Origin: a virus
Direction: 5' to 3' (one strand)
DNA: 64,000 nt
IMG/VR virus record: IMGVR_UViG_3300035696_000017
Location: 32,001-96,000 of that record
This document shows positions 1 through 8,430 of this stretch, piece by piece. Numbering within the stretch: position 1 is the first letter of the stretch; each line of letters starts with the position of its first letter. The notes beneath the pieces were generated by a model. The model saw only the letters and a list, made by a program, of their open reading frames with translations. It had not been told where the DNA came from and searched no databases. The translations under genes were made by a program, and so were the position numbers.

Positions 1-72
1 CTTGATGCCCAGGTACAGGCGGGTTCGCTTGTGGTGACCCTTCGAGCTGACGATGCCTTCGCGTGCCATGTC

Positions 73-276
73 TCACCTCAGGATTGCGGGATCATCTTCT
101 TCGAAGTCCCGTGGGTTACGTGTCGGTGGCTGCCTGCACACCGGCTCCACGTAGACTGTACGGTCCTGGACTTCCTGTGTACAAGGATCGCGACGAGGGG
201 TCTGTGGAACATCCCACTCCGCGTAACACGCAGTGAGAAAGACCAGGGACCCCAACGTCAGGAACAACCGCCTCAT
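73..276 (-). CDS. small putative lipoprotein
   Basis: Hydrophobic N-terminus with lipobox-like LTAC; co-oriented with neighbours. Confidence 0.55.
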   Translation of the reverse strand: MRRLFLTLGSLVFLTACYAEWDVPQTPRRDPCTQEVQDRTVYVEPVCRQPPTRNPRDFEEDDPAILR

Positions 277-291
277 GATGAGGCTATCGTA

Positions 292-942
292 TCACTCGGT
301 GCAGCAGGTCGCTTCGCCCTCGCACACCTTCAGCTCGCACTCGCACTTGGCTTCGCACCGGTCGCGGTCGCCACACATGGTGGAAACGCTCTGGCACTCG
401 CACATGCACTGGTTGTACTGCGATTCGCAGCAGCTGGCGTCGTTGCCTCCGCCGTGACCGCTGTCCACGGGTTCGCCCGCGTCCTTGCCGCCGCCGGAAC
501 CCGAGTCCTCGGGAGTGCTCGAGTCCTTGGACCCACCTGTCCCCGAGTCAGTGACCGTCCCGCTGTCGGGGTTGCCACCGGTGCCCGAGTCGACCGACGT
601 TCCTGAGTCGGTTCCGGGGCCGTAGCCGCTGTCGGTACCGGGACCCGTACCCGAGTCCGTGGAGGGGCCGGTGCCGGCATCCTCGTTGGAACCCGAGTCC
701 TCGGACGGGGGCACGCTGGAGTCTTCTCCTGTGCCCGAGTCGTCACCTGGTGGCGTCGTTGCGTCCTCGCCCGAGCCGGAGTCTTCCGATGGGGGCGGGG
801 TGACGTGGCCGTCTGCACCGGCGTCCTGCTGGGTCACCGAGCCGCCGTCGTTGTCGACAGGAAACTCGACGATCTGTGAGGTGCCGCTGCTGCCGCAGGC
901 GACGAGCGCCACGGCAAGCGATGCGATGAGGATCTTGTTCAT
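292..942 (-). CDS. lipoprotein with acidic DSG/DAG low-complexity repeats and Cys-rich C-terminus
   Basis: Lipobox LVAC; repeated (T/E)DSG units; CxxxCxC motifs; style typical of myxobacterial surface lipoproteins. Confidence 0.7.
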   Translation of the reverse strand: MNKILIASLAVALVACGSSGTSQIVEFPVDNDGGSVTQQDAGADGHVTPPPSEDSGSGEDATTPPGDDSGTGEDSSVPPSEDSGSNEDAGTGPSTDSGTGPGTDSGYGPGTDSGTSVDSGTGGNPDSGTVTDSGTGGSKDSSTPEDSGSGGGKDAGEPVDSGHGGGNDASCCESQYNQCMCECQSVSTMCGDRDRCEAKCECELKVCEGEATCCTE

Positions 943-2006
943 TGAGCGCTCCCTGCCGGGACCAGCTTCACCGTGACGGTGAACTCGACACGGCGGTTGA
1001 TGCTGCGGTGAGCCTCGGTGTCGTTCGGAGCGATGGGCTTGGTGGTGCCGAAGCCCTTCACCGTCAGGCGGTCAGCGGGAATGCCACCCTTGACGAGAGC
1101 GTCCTTGACTGCCTGAGCGCGCCGGACGGCGAGCTCGTTGTTGTGCTTCTCTGCCCACGGGTGGTTCTCGTAGGAAGCATGGCCGTCGATCTCGACGTTC
1201 CACCCGGGGTGGGCGGCGAGCTTCGACACGATGCTGGACAGCAGGGTGTCTGCTGCGACGGGGACCGCCGAGTCGAAACCGAACTGGACGGTGCCGGTGA
1301 TTTGGGCGACCTCTTCAGCCCGGATCGGTGGCTGTGCCGGGGGCTCGGGAGGAGGCAGCAGCTGGACCTGAAGGTCAGCGTGCTGGGGCTCTGCCGGGGA
1401 AGGCGGCGTCACCGTCGGCTTGGCGCGGCTGGGACCGAGCTCGATCTCGAGGCCGACGATCAGGACACGGGCATCGCCGTTGTCGTAACCCGGAGTGTGA
1501 TCGAGCGAATCGACCGCCTGTTCGTACCGGACGAACGGGCCGAGCCAGATGTTGCGTGCCGAGCTGGTGGGGACTTCCGCACCGACACCGACCGAGAACA
1601 TCGGGCGAGCCAGCGGGCCCGTGCCGATGAGCTGTGCATCAGCATCGACCCAAGGGACGACTGCCGAGAAGCCCGAGCCGGTGTTGTTGGTGAAGTCGAA
1701 CGGGCGGTGCAGACGTGCACCCACTCCGCCGCCCCACGCGCCGCCGGCGTTGACGCCGGAGACCTTTGACGGGAGGACGAGACCCGATACCGTCACGTTG
1801 GCATCGAGGAAGGGAAGCAACGCCAGGCTCGGCTTCAGCGCCAGGGCGCCACCCGGGTCGAACCGGCTGGACTGGGGCTGGGTGAGCGGGATGCCGACGC
1901 CCGGCTCAAGCCGCAGCATCCAATCAGGTCCGTCAGCGAACGCCGGAGAGGATGCCAGAAGCAGCCCCGCGGCAACGATGGCGGAAGTCACAAGTGTTCT
2001 TCGCAT
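939..2006 (-). CDS. OmpA-family outer membrane protein
   Basis: Signal peptide (SPAFA), beta-barrel-like N-half, Pro linker, OmpA_C motifs VQFGFDS, EIDGHAS, NNELAVRRAQAV, NRRVEF. Confidence 0.9.
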   Translation of the reverse strand: MRRTLVTSAIVAAGLLLASSPAFADGPDWMLRLEPGVGIPLTQPQSSRFDPGGALALKPSLALLPFLDANVTVSGLVLPSKVSGVNAGGAWGGGVGARLHRPFDFTNNTGSGFSAVVPWVDADAQLIGTGPLARPMFSVGVGAEVPTSSARNIWLGPFVRYEQAVDSLDHTPGYDNGDARVLIVGLEIELGPSRAKPTVTPPSPAEPQHADLQVQLLPPPEPPAQPPIRAEEVAQITGTVQFGFDSAVPVAADTLLSSIVSKLAAHPGWNVEIDGHASYENHPWAEKHNNELAVRRAQAVKDALVKGGIPADRLTVKGFGTTKPIAPNDTEAHRSINRRVEFTVTVKLVPAGSAQ

Positions 2007-2079
2007 GTGTTGTCTCCTTGACCCCGAGGGGTGCGAAGCCATCATACCATGCGACAGAAGAGCTTTTCAACCCGTCGGA

Positions 2080-3141
2080 TCACGGGTGCAATCCGCAGCC
2101 ACCGCCATCGGGTCCGTTGACCCACATCTGTTGGACCAAGAAGTCGCGATCGCCCCAGTGCACGTTGGCACGTGCGCCAGCGTCAGTGACGTAGGTCGGT
2201 TCGAACCGCCACACGCACATGTCACCGATCTCTTGTTCTTGGAACTGATCGAACCAAGCAGGGTCGCTGGAGACCAGCGGGTCCGTCGTTGCCTCGCACA
2301 TCTCGTGGACCATGACAGATGCCATGCCGTCAGCGCTCCAATCGTTGTTGGGACTGGGCGGGAGACCGCCGTCAGCTGGCAACGAGGACAGGGCTCCGAG
2401 GACGGTGCAGTTGGTGTAGCATTGGGCCGGGTCACCGACGAAGGCGTACTTGATCTGGTTTCCCTCGTACGTTGTTTCGTCATGGTAGCCGCAGTAGGTG
2501 CCGCAGAAAGTGTCACCCTCGTCGTCCATCGTCTCAGTGACGTCTGAAGACGTCAGGACATAGTAGATCGCGTCGGTGTCCGCGGGCAAGCTGCCCGCTT
2601 TCAAGGCATCGGTGACGATGCCTAGCACGTCACCCGCCATCAGGTTCTTGCCTCGGGTGTAGCTGACGCTGATGCTCTTGACCAACGCAGGCTGTCCCGT
2701 GGCGTAGGTCTTGGCGGCGTCGGCGACGCCGCCGTCAGCAGGTTGCGGCGTCTGGTAGTACCCCGTCAGGATCTGGGAGTACGGGGTGCCCCCGAAGCTT
2801 GTCAGCATGTCTTCCAGGATTGTAGGCGTCAGGTTGTTCGACCAGTCACCGTACCAGATGATGTAGAGGTGCGGAATGCTGGTGATGATGGGCCCGCCCC
2901 AGTAGACGATGGGACCCGGTGCAGGAGGGTAGAAGTCGTAGCCCGTGTCGGGTGCTTCCGCATCGAAGTTGTTGCCCGCATCGATGCCGCCACCATCACT
3001 CGAATCCGTCGTTGCATCGGGACCCAGGGTGTGTCCCGCCTCCAAGAGATTCGCATCGGGTGTCTCACCGGTGATCGGAGGGGTGTTGCCACATGCGACT
3101 ACGAGGGACAGCGTGGACAGGACAGCGAGCGCTCGGGTCAT
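2080..3141 (-). CDS. lipoprotein with PHI-1/EXORDIUM-like domain
   Basis: Lipobox VVAC; motifs YIIWYGDW, FCGTYCGYH, YAFVGD, PNNDWSADGMASVMVHEMCEATTDP, EIGDMC, FLVQQMW match the phosphate-induced protein 1 family as I know it. Confidence 0.75.
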   Translation of the reverse strand: MTRALAVLSTLSLVVACGNTPPITGETPDANLLEAGHTLGPDATTDSSDGGGIDAGNNFDAEAPDTGYDFYPPAPGPIVYWGGPIITSIPHLYIIWYGDWSNNLTPTILEDMLTSFGGTPYSQILTGYYQTPQPADGGVADAAKTYATGQPALVKSISVSYTRGKNLMAGDVLGIVTDALKAGSLPADTDAIYYVLTSSDVTETMDDEGDTFCGTYCGYHDETTYEGNQIKYAFVGDPAQCYTNCTVLGALSSLPADGGLPPSPNNDWSADGMASVMVHEMCEATTDPLVSSDPAWFDQFQEQEIGDMCVWRFEPTYVTDAGARANVHWGDRDFLVQQMWVNGPDGGGCGLHP

Positions 3142-3192
3142 GATGACCTCCTCGACTCACCCTACCACGCTTAGATCAGTTGAACAAGACTT

Positions 3193-3272
3193 TGGAGCCC
3201 CCGGCGGGATTCGAACCCGCATGTGGTCCAGTTAGCTTTCTCCCGCTTAGAAGGCGGGCGGCATACGGGGGC
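3193..3272 (-). tRNA. atypical D-armless tRNA-Arg(TCT)
   Basis: Acceptor GCCCCCG/CGGGGGC-T-CCA, anticodon arm CCCGC-CTTCTAA-GCGGG, T arm GCGGG-TTCGAAT-CCCGC; no D arm; 21-nt extra region. Confidence 0.7.
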
Positions 3273-3273
3273 G

Positions 3274-3349
3274 TGGCCTCCTCGGTGGGATTCGAACCCA
3301 CGACCTCTTGCTTCGGAGGCAAGCGCTCTATCCACTGAGCTACGAGGAG
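3274..3349 (-). tRNA. tRNA-Arg(CCG)
   Basis: Full cloverleaf, loop CTCCGAA, CCA encoded. Confidence 0.95.
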
Positions 3350-3350
3350 C

Positions 3351-3427
3351 TGGCCTCTCCGGAGGGATTCGAACCCCCGACGTCCGCCTTAGGAGTGCGG
3401 CATTCTGTCCAGCTGAATTACGGAGAG
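3351..3427 (-). tRNA. tRNA-Arg(CCT)
   Basis: Cloverleaf, loop CTCCTAA, CCA encoded. Confidence 0.93.
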
Positions 3428-4101
3428 ATTGGTTTGATGTCTTTGGTGAAGGCGCTGTAGTGCTCGACGTGGACCACCTTCAGCTTCGCCTGCAGCTCTT
3501 GGAAGCCAGCCTCGAAGTCTTTGAGCTCTGTGGTGTCGTTGAAGATCTTGGTGCCCGATGTCAGATAGGCCTGGATCTCATCGAACAGCGTCTTCTCGGT
3601 GTAACCCTTGGCAAACAACACGTGCCGGATGGCGTCGATGAGCTCGGGGTCGGTGTCGTTCAGGATGCCGAGGCAACGGTTGCGGTACACCTCGTCGAGG
3701 TAGTACATCGCGTGGGTCATCTCATGGACGTCGAGGTCGCCGACATCGCTCTGGACGCCGATCAGGTAGGCCCGGTCGGTCTGTGCCATCATGACGCGGT
3801 ACATGCTCAACATCAGCAGGTCGTAGTGGTTCGGGTCGTCGATGCCCAGGGCATGGACCTGGCCAATGACCTCGGCCGGGATGTTGAAACCGCCCCAGTC
3901 GCCCGACGGGTACGTGAAGGTGTTGTCCTTGTTCTGGGCCTTGACGTACCACGACATGTACTCAGCCAACGTGAACTTGCGGTCCTGGTACCGGGGGCTC
4001 TCGTAGAACTCCTGGTAGCGTAGGAAGGTCATGCACAGCTCGTACAGGTCATCGAACCTGAGCTCATACACTCCTTCACGAAGCTTGCTGAACTTGAACA
4101 T
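3418..4101 (-). CDS. hypothetical protein with HExxH motif (possible zinc peptidase-like)
   Basis: ATG at 4101 just past tRNA-Leu; VHEMTH and DEIQAY motifs. Confidence 0.7.
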   Translation of the reverse strand: MFKFSKLREGVYELRFDDLYELCMTFLRYQEFYESPRYQDRKFTLAEYMSWYVKAQNKDNTFTYPSGDWGGFNIPAEVIGQVHALGIDDPNHYDLLMLSMYRVMMAQTDRAYLIGVQSDVGDLDVHEMTHAMYYLDEVYRNRCLGILNDTDPELIDAIRHVLFAKGYTEKTLFDEIQAYLTSGTKIFNDTTELKDFEAGFQELQAKLKVVHVEHYSAFTKDIKPISP

Positions 4102-4104
4102 TCG

Positions 4105-4187
4105 TGCTAACGAAGGGACTCGAACCCCCACGCCCTTTCGGGCACCAGAACCTGAATCTGGCGCGGCTGCCATTACGCCACGTTAGC
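4105..4187 (-). tRNA. tRNA-Leu(CAG)
   Basis: Type II cloverleaf, loop TTCAGGT, variable arm GCCC-GAAA-GGGC. Confidence 0.95.
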
Positions 4188-4204
4188 GTGTGTCTACATC
4201 CTAC

Positions 4205-4630
4205 TCAACCCTCTTCCTTCTTACACTCCTCTCGGACCTCCATCAGGATCCGGCCCAGCCAGTTGCTGCCCCGGCCCCGGCAGACGCCCCAGAACGTGTC
4301 GTTCCAGGTGTTGCCCTCGACCAGCTTGGCGTCCTCGGTGGCGATGAGCATCGCCCGGAGGATCGGGTTCTTGAACTTCTCCCGCACGAACTTGCGCATC
4401 AGGTCGACCTTGACCTCGTCCCAGTCGGGACGGAGCTGGACGGCCTTGCCCAGCTTCTTGGCCTCGCCGGGGCGAGCGACCTCCCGGATCAGCTTCCGGG
4501 TCGCGGGGTCCAACGTCTTGGCGGCCTGGTAGGCGTGCTCGACTGAAGGGTACCGCTCTCCATCGATCCAGATCGACGCTTCGTGGAAGTTGCTCAGGAA
4601 GCCGAAGTCGCCCCGGAAGCTGTCAATCAC
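4205..4630 (-). CDS. NADAR (YbiA-like) family protein
   Basis: FLSNFH, YPSVEHAYQAAK, PGEAKKLGK, LVEGNTWNDTFWG, GSNWLGRILMEVR; GTG start at 4630 overlapping the upstream stop. Confidence 0.92.
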   Translation of the reverse strand: MIDSFRGDFGFLSNFHEASIWIDGERYPSVEHAYQAAKTLDPATRKLIREVARPGEAKKLGKAVQLRPDWDEVKVDLMRKFVREKFKNPILRAMLIATEDAKLVEGNTWNDTFWGVCRGRGSNWLGRILMEVREECKKEEG

Positions 4631-5294
4631 CGTCTCGGTCTGCGACGGGGACCCAGGAAGCGTCGGGAGCTGGGGTTGTTGTAGTTCCGTCAGCTTCGAT
4701 AGAACGTCGGATGGCTGCAAGGAGTTCTTCTTCTCGTTGTCGTTGCTCAAGTTGGTCCTCCGGGATGAGCTTGGTGATCGCCTCGGAGTAGCAGCGACTG
4801 AAGCCGGGTGCGTACTCGTCGAGACTCGCCTCGAAGTAGTTGCAGCGCTTCAGCCTGATCGCTGTCTCGTGTGGGTTGCCCCATTCGAACGAGGCCAGCG
4901 CTGGCTGGCAACGCTTGATGACTTCCCAGTAGGCAGCAGCACCGTCCTCGAAGTCGAAGAAGGCCCGGTACCAGTGCTTGTCGCCCCTGTTGAAGTAGAT
5001 GAGCTGCCCCTGTGCTGAGGCCCCGACGTTGCCGAGGTTGTGGTTGAAGGACCACTTGCCCCCGCCGTTCTCGAAGGCGACCTGGCCCCACGCCATCGCA
5101 AGCCTGCGATCGCTGGGGTACTTGCCGAAGACCTTGAGGTGACCCTCCCGTAGAGCGTGGAGCAGCTCCATCCGGGAGAGCGGAGTGCGCACAGTCGGGA
5201 CGTGTTCCGACGGGTCCGCCGAAGCGAGGGGCGCTGCGGTGGCGATGACGAGGATGAGGATGAACAACGTTGCCAGTCTCTTCGCTGGTGACAT
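4623..5294 (-). CDS. secreted glucosaminidase/lysozyme-like cell wall hydrolase
   Basis: Signal peptide; GQVAFENG (catalytic E), HNLGNV, YRAFFDFEDGAAAYW, LKRCNYF resemble FlgJ/GH73-type folds. Confidence 0.6.
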   Translation of the reverse strand: MSPAKRLATLFILILVIATAAPLASADPSEHVPTVRTPLSRMELLHALREGHLKVFGKYPSDRRLAMAWGQVAFENGGGKWSFNHNLGNVGASAQGQLIYFNRGDKHWYRAFFDFEDGAAAYWEVIKRCQPALASFEWGNPHETAIRLKRCNYFEASLDEYAPGFSRCYSEAITKLIPEDQLEQRQREEELLAAIRRSIEADGTTTTPAPDASWVPVADRDGD

Positions 5295-5347
5295 TGCCAC
5301 ACTCTACCGAGTGCGACTGACGTTGTTTCGTCACTTTCCGTTGAACA

Positions 5348-5893
5348 TCAGGCATCAGGTGCCTTTGGTGGAGTCTCGCCGCCTTGTGGGGACGAACTAT
5401 TTGCACCATCTGACGAGGTGCAGAGCTTCCAGGGCACCCCTGCCTTGACCACGCGGTCGAGCATGTCAGCCGTCCCGCGCGAGTCTTGGATGTTGTTGTG
5501 GAAGGCAAGGCACAGGTCGATGGGCTCTTCGGGCTTGTTCTCCACATCCAACATCTGTTGGTTGCGGATCGGACCCGCGGCTTTCTTGTGCTTCACCCAG
5601 TCGGCCGGGTAGGGCCTGACCTCAAACCGCAACGCTTCAGCGACTGCGGCGCAGATGATGTCTGCACCCCTGCACGCTCCGTGCACGAGTATGGTGCCAG
5701 GCCTATAACCCTTCAACTCTTCGACGACCCGAGTGATGTCTGACCACTCGCGGTCACCGGTGACCAGGATCTTGTGGACGTACTTCTCCGCGGGCAGCTT
5801 CCGGCGTTCTTCCGGATCGCGTTGCGTGTAGTAGCGCCGGTCAGATTTGGTCCGCCTGATGTCGCCCGTTCGTCGCCGTGGTTCGTCTGCCAT
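5348..5893 (-). CDS. SLOG-family (DUF2493/YspA-like) protein
   Basis: ILVTGDREW, LVHGACRGAD, ADWVKHKKAAGPIRNQQML, SRGTADM. Confidence 0.85.
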   Translation of the reverse strand: MADEPRRRTGDIRRTKSDRRYYTQRDPEERRKLPAEKYVHKILVTGDREWSDITRVVEELKGYRPGTILVHGACRGADIICAAVAEALRFEVRPYPADWVKHKKAAGPIRNQQMLDVENKPEEPIDLCLAFHNNIQDSRGTADMLDRVVKAGVPWKLCTSSDGANSSSPQGGETPPKAPDA

Positions 5894-6565
5894 CAGTCCC
5901 AGTCACCATTGTACCACCTCGACAGCCGGCTTTTTACACCCGTCCGGTGATCGGTGACCTGGTCGTCTTGCGTACGATACGTCCGCACCTTGTCGCCTCG
6001 TTGGCCGGTGCCGACCTGCTGCTTGCGTTCAGCTTCCTTTGCAAGACGCTGGCGTTCACGTTCGGCATCGTACAGCCTGGCCGCCATGACCTTCATAGCC
6101 AGGGCCTTGTTCTGGCTCTGGCTCCGCTCGTTGTCGATGCGGACCTGCAACCCCGTCGCCTTGTGGGTGACGATGACGCAGGACTCGGTCTTGTTGCGGT
6201 TCTGCCCGCCGGGACCCGAGCCCCGTGCGGTGGCGATGTCAACGTCCTGGTACGTCAGCTGCTTGCCGACGACGGTGTCAGGATCGAAGACGGCGACAGT
6301 CACCGTTGACGTCTGGACCCGTCCCCGCTTCTCAGTGGGAGGGATCCGCTGCCATCGGTGACCACCGCTCTCGTGCTGGAATGTCTGCTTGGCGCCCGTG
6401 CCTGAGAAGGCGACGGTGACCATGCCCGGTCGCTCGTCGATCAGCTCAGACTCAAAGACCCCTCCGCGACGCCACGTTGGCGTACGCACGGAGCTGTTCC
6501 TTGACCAGCAGCTTTGCGTCGTCGCCGCCCTCGGCGGCTCGGATCTCGATGATGACCGTTTCCAT
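5893..6565 (-). CDS. class I peptide chain release factor lacking domain 1, expressed via +1 programmed frameshift at 6457-6452 (about 223 aa)
   Basis: Frame 0 from ATG 6565: METVIIEIRAAEGGDDAKLL..RRGL-TGA; +1 frame continues ESELIDERPG..HRWQRIPPTEKRGRVQTS..SGPGGQNRNK..RSQSQNK..VRTY..VTDHR. Confidence 0.9.
6451..6466 (-). promoter_or_regulatory. RF2-type +1 frameshift cassette (internal SD GGAGG, 3-nt spacer, CTT TGA)
   Basis: Minus strand CGGAGG GGT CTT TGA G; same layout as bacterial prfB (AGGGGG TAT CTT TGA C). Confidence 0.88.
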
Positions 6566-6568
6566 GTT

Positions 6569-7015
6569 TCAGACCCCGGAAGGAGGAGCGTAGTGCTCCT
6601 CGAGGATGGTGCGGTACACCCGCATATTCGGGTGGTATCGCTTGAAGAAGTAGGTGTCGTCTCCCGTCCAGATTTTCGAGAGGGCGGCGCCGACGGCCGG
6701 CGAGCGGCTCAGGCCAGCGTCACAGTGGACGATGAAGCGTTGGGCCTCAGGGTACGTCTTGACGAGAGCCAAGATCTGGCGCGCTTGGCTAGGCTGGAAG
6801 AGGTCGGACTCGAGCTCCTCGATCCCGGGGAAGTGCTGGTCAAGATCGTGGAACGTCAGCCTCAGGATCTTGAGAGTGTGTTCGTTGGTCTTGATCTTGG
6901 CGCCCTCGGGCAACGCGGGGTCGCCCGGCGTCGTGATCGACACGATGATGTGCGGGACCTCGTGGGGCTCGATCGCCTCGATGGCCTGCCTGCTGTAGAC
7001 GAAGATGTCCTTCAT
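6569..7015 (-). CDS. predicted protein tyrosine/dual-specificity phosphatase
   Basis: CX5R loop VHCDAGLSRS; IVSIT and LRLTFHD motifs. Confidence 0.85.
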   Translation of the reverse strand: MKDIFVYSRQAIEAIEPHEVPHIIVSITTPGDPALPEGAKIKTNEHTLKILRLTFHDLDQHFPGIEELESDLFQPSQARQILALVKTYPEAQRFIVHCDAGLSRSPAVGAALSKIWTGDDTYFFKRYHPNMRVYRTILEEHYAPPSGV

Positions 7016-7320
7016 GGCTCCACGGCAGTCAGGATACCATAGACGTGGTCGAGCTTGCACCACCCGTTGACGTGTCCGTGGTTGTTGCTGATCTGGTACC
7101 TGCCATCGCTGCCGATAGCAGTGACCTTATGAAGCATCTGCTGGCCGTTGACCTTGCAGAGCACTGCGTCCCCCACCATGGGCACACGCCCGTTGAGAGG
7201 CTCGACAGTGACCAGCTGGCCCGACTCGATGATGGGTCGCATGCTGTTGCCATGAGGCCTGAATTTGACCGTCTTGCCCTCCTTGAGGGCCTGGACGTGT
7301 GTCAGTGTTCCGTCTCCCAT
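7012..7320 (-). CDS. S24/S26 peptidase-like protein
   Basis: GNSMRPII..GD.VL..LHKV. Confidence 0.7.
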   Translation of the reverse strand: MGDGTLTHVQALKEGKTVKFRPHGNSMRPIIESGQLVTVEPLNGRVPMVGDAVLCKVNGQQMLHKVTAIGSDGRYQISNNHGHVNGWCKLDHVYGILTAVEP

Positions 7321-7363
7321 GGCTCCAACCTTACCACCCGAGAATACTCGAGTGCACTCTCTG

Positions 7364-7436
7364 TCGTGGCTGCGGGACTCGAACCCGCTACGAGGTGCTT
7401 ATGAGACACCCGCCTATCCGCTTCGGCCTAACCACG
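7364..7436 (-). tRNA. tRNA-Met/Ile2(CAT)
   Basis: Cloverleaf, loop CTCATAA. Confidence 0.88.
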
Positions 7437-7437
7437 G

Positions 7438-7512
7438 TGCTGACGGTGGGAGTCGAACCCACAGTGAACTGGTTTCTAGGACCAGCGCGTATGCCTGTTC
7501 CGCCACGTCAGC
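7438..7512 (-). tRNA. tRNA-Leu(TAG), short variable arm, C33
   Basis: Leu-type D arm; loop CCTAGAA. Confidence 0.85.
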
Positions 7513-7594
7513 AGGAGCTCGCTATCAGGGACGCTCGGCGGGCAACAGCGCTATCTCTATCCGACTATGATGCGGACCCCCTACGAAACTTGTG

Positions 7595-7894
7595 TCAGCG
7601 TGTCGCGTCCCAAGGCGCGGGCTTCTTGGCCGCGGGCATGCCGCCCGGCGCAGGTTCCCAGCTGCCAGAGTGCAAGTCCTTCTCGCTGATCTTGTGGATC
7701 TTGCCTTGCTTGTCGCCAGCGACGATGGTCTGGCCAGCCTCACCTGGAACGACCTTGAGGACCTTGACGAAGGTGGGTGCCTCCGGGTCAAACGACCCGA
7801 CGTACCGCAGCACTTGGCCGGGCTTGATGTTGAGGCTGCTGTACTCAGCAACTTCACTCAGAATGCGTCGCAAGGTCTTGAGGCGGATCTTCAT
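7595..7894 (-). CDS. hypothetical protein with MKIRLxxLRRILxE N-terminal motif
   Basis: ATG 7894 preceded by ATACTTA motif. Confidence 0.7.
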   Translation of the reverse strand: MKIRLKTLRRILSEVAEYSSLNIKPGQVLRYVGSFDPEAPTFVKVLKVVPGEAGQTIVAGDKQGKIHKISEKDLHSGSWEPAPGGMPAAKKPAPWDATR

Positions 7895-7905
7895 GCCTCT
7901 AAGTA

Positions 7906-7982
7906 TGGTCTCCCCAGCAGGACTCGAACCCGCAATCTCCACGTTCGAAGCGTGGCGTCGTATCCATTGGAACCATGGGGAG
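7906..7982 (-). tRNA. tRNA-Arg(TCG)
   Basis: Cloverleaf, loop CTTCGAA, CCA encoded. Confidence 0.9.
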
Positions 7983-7988
7983 GTCGAG

Positions 7989-8339
7989 GTGGAGGACCGG
8001 TAAGCCGGGTTCTGTCGTTGGACGATCATTCCTCTGGGATGCGTGTTACCACGCACCTCAAGCAGCAACCCGGAAGCATCGGCCGAGCAGACCTCAAACG
8101 CTTCCTGTTTGCCTTGCTACGGATGGGGTTTGCCACAAGGGACTGTCACCAGCCCTGTCGGGGTCTCTTACACCTCGGTTTCGCCCTTACCTGAGCGAGG
8201 GGCGAACCCCAAGCCATCGGCGGTCTGTTTTCTGTTGCACTGTTCCGTCGCGTTACCGCGCCTGGCCGTTAGCCAGCATCCTGCTCTGTGTAGCCCGGAC
8301 TTTCCTCTGCATGGGTGCAGCGATCGTCTGGTCTTCCAC
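7989..8339 (-). ncRNA. rnpB: RNase P RNA, bacterial A-type
   Basis: Conserved GAGGAAAGTCCGGGC, AGTGCAACAGAAA and AACAGAACCCGGCTTA segments; P1 helix GTGGAAGACC/GGTCCTCCAC. Confidence 0.95.
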
Positions 8340-8425
8340 GGTGCCAACGACAGGAGTCGAACCTGCCCGGGCTTGCGCCCATGAGCTTCTGAGGCTCACG
8401 TGTCTACCAAATCCACCACGTTGGC
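8340..8425 (-). tRNA. tRNA-Leu(CAG)
   Basis: Type II cloverleaf, loop CTCAGAA. Confidence 0.93.
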
Positions 8426-8430
8426 ATACG

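Noticed and set aside
480-800. Repetitive DNA resembling a repeat array or CRISPR
   Set aside because: Degenerate codon-level repeats encoding DSG units; no constant repeat-spacer structure anywhere in the window
4631-4750. N-terminal extension of NADAR in the ORF track
   Set aside because: It overlaps the upstream gene; GTG at 4630 matches the family start
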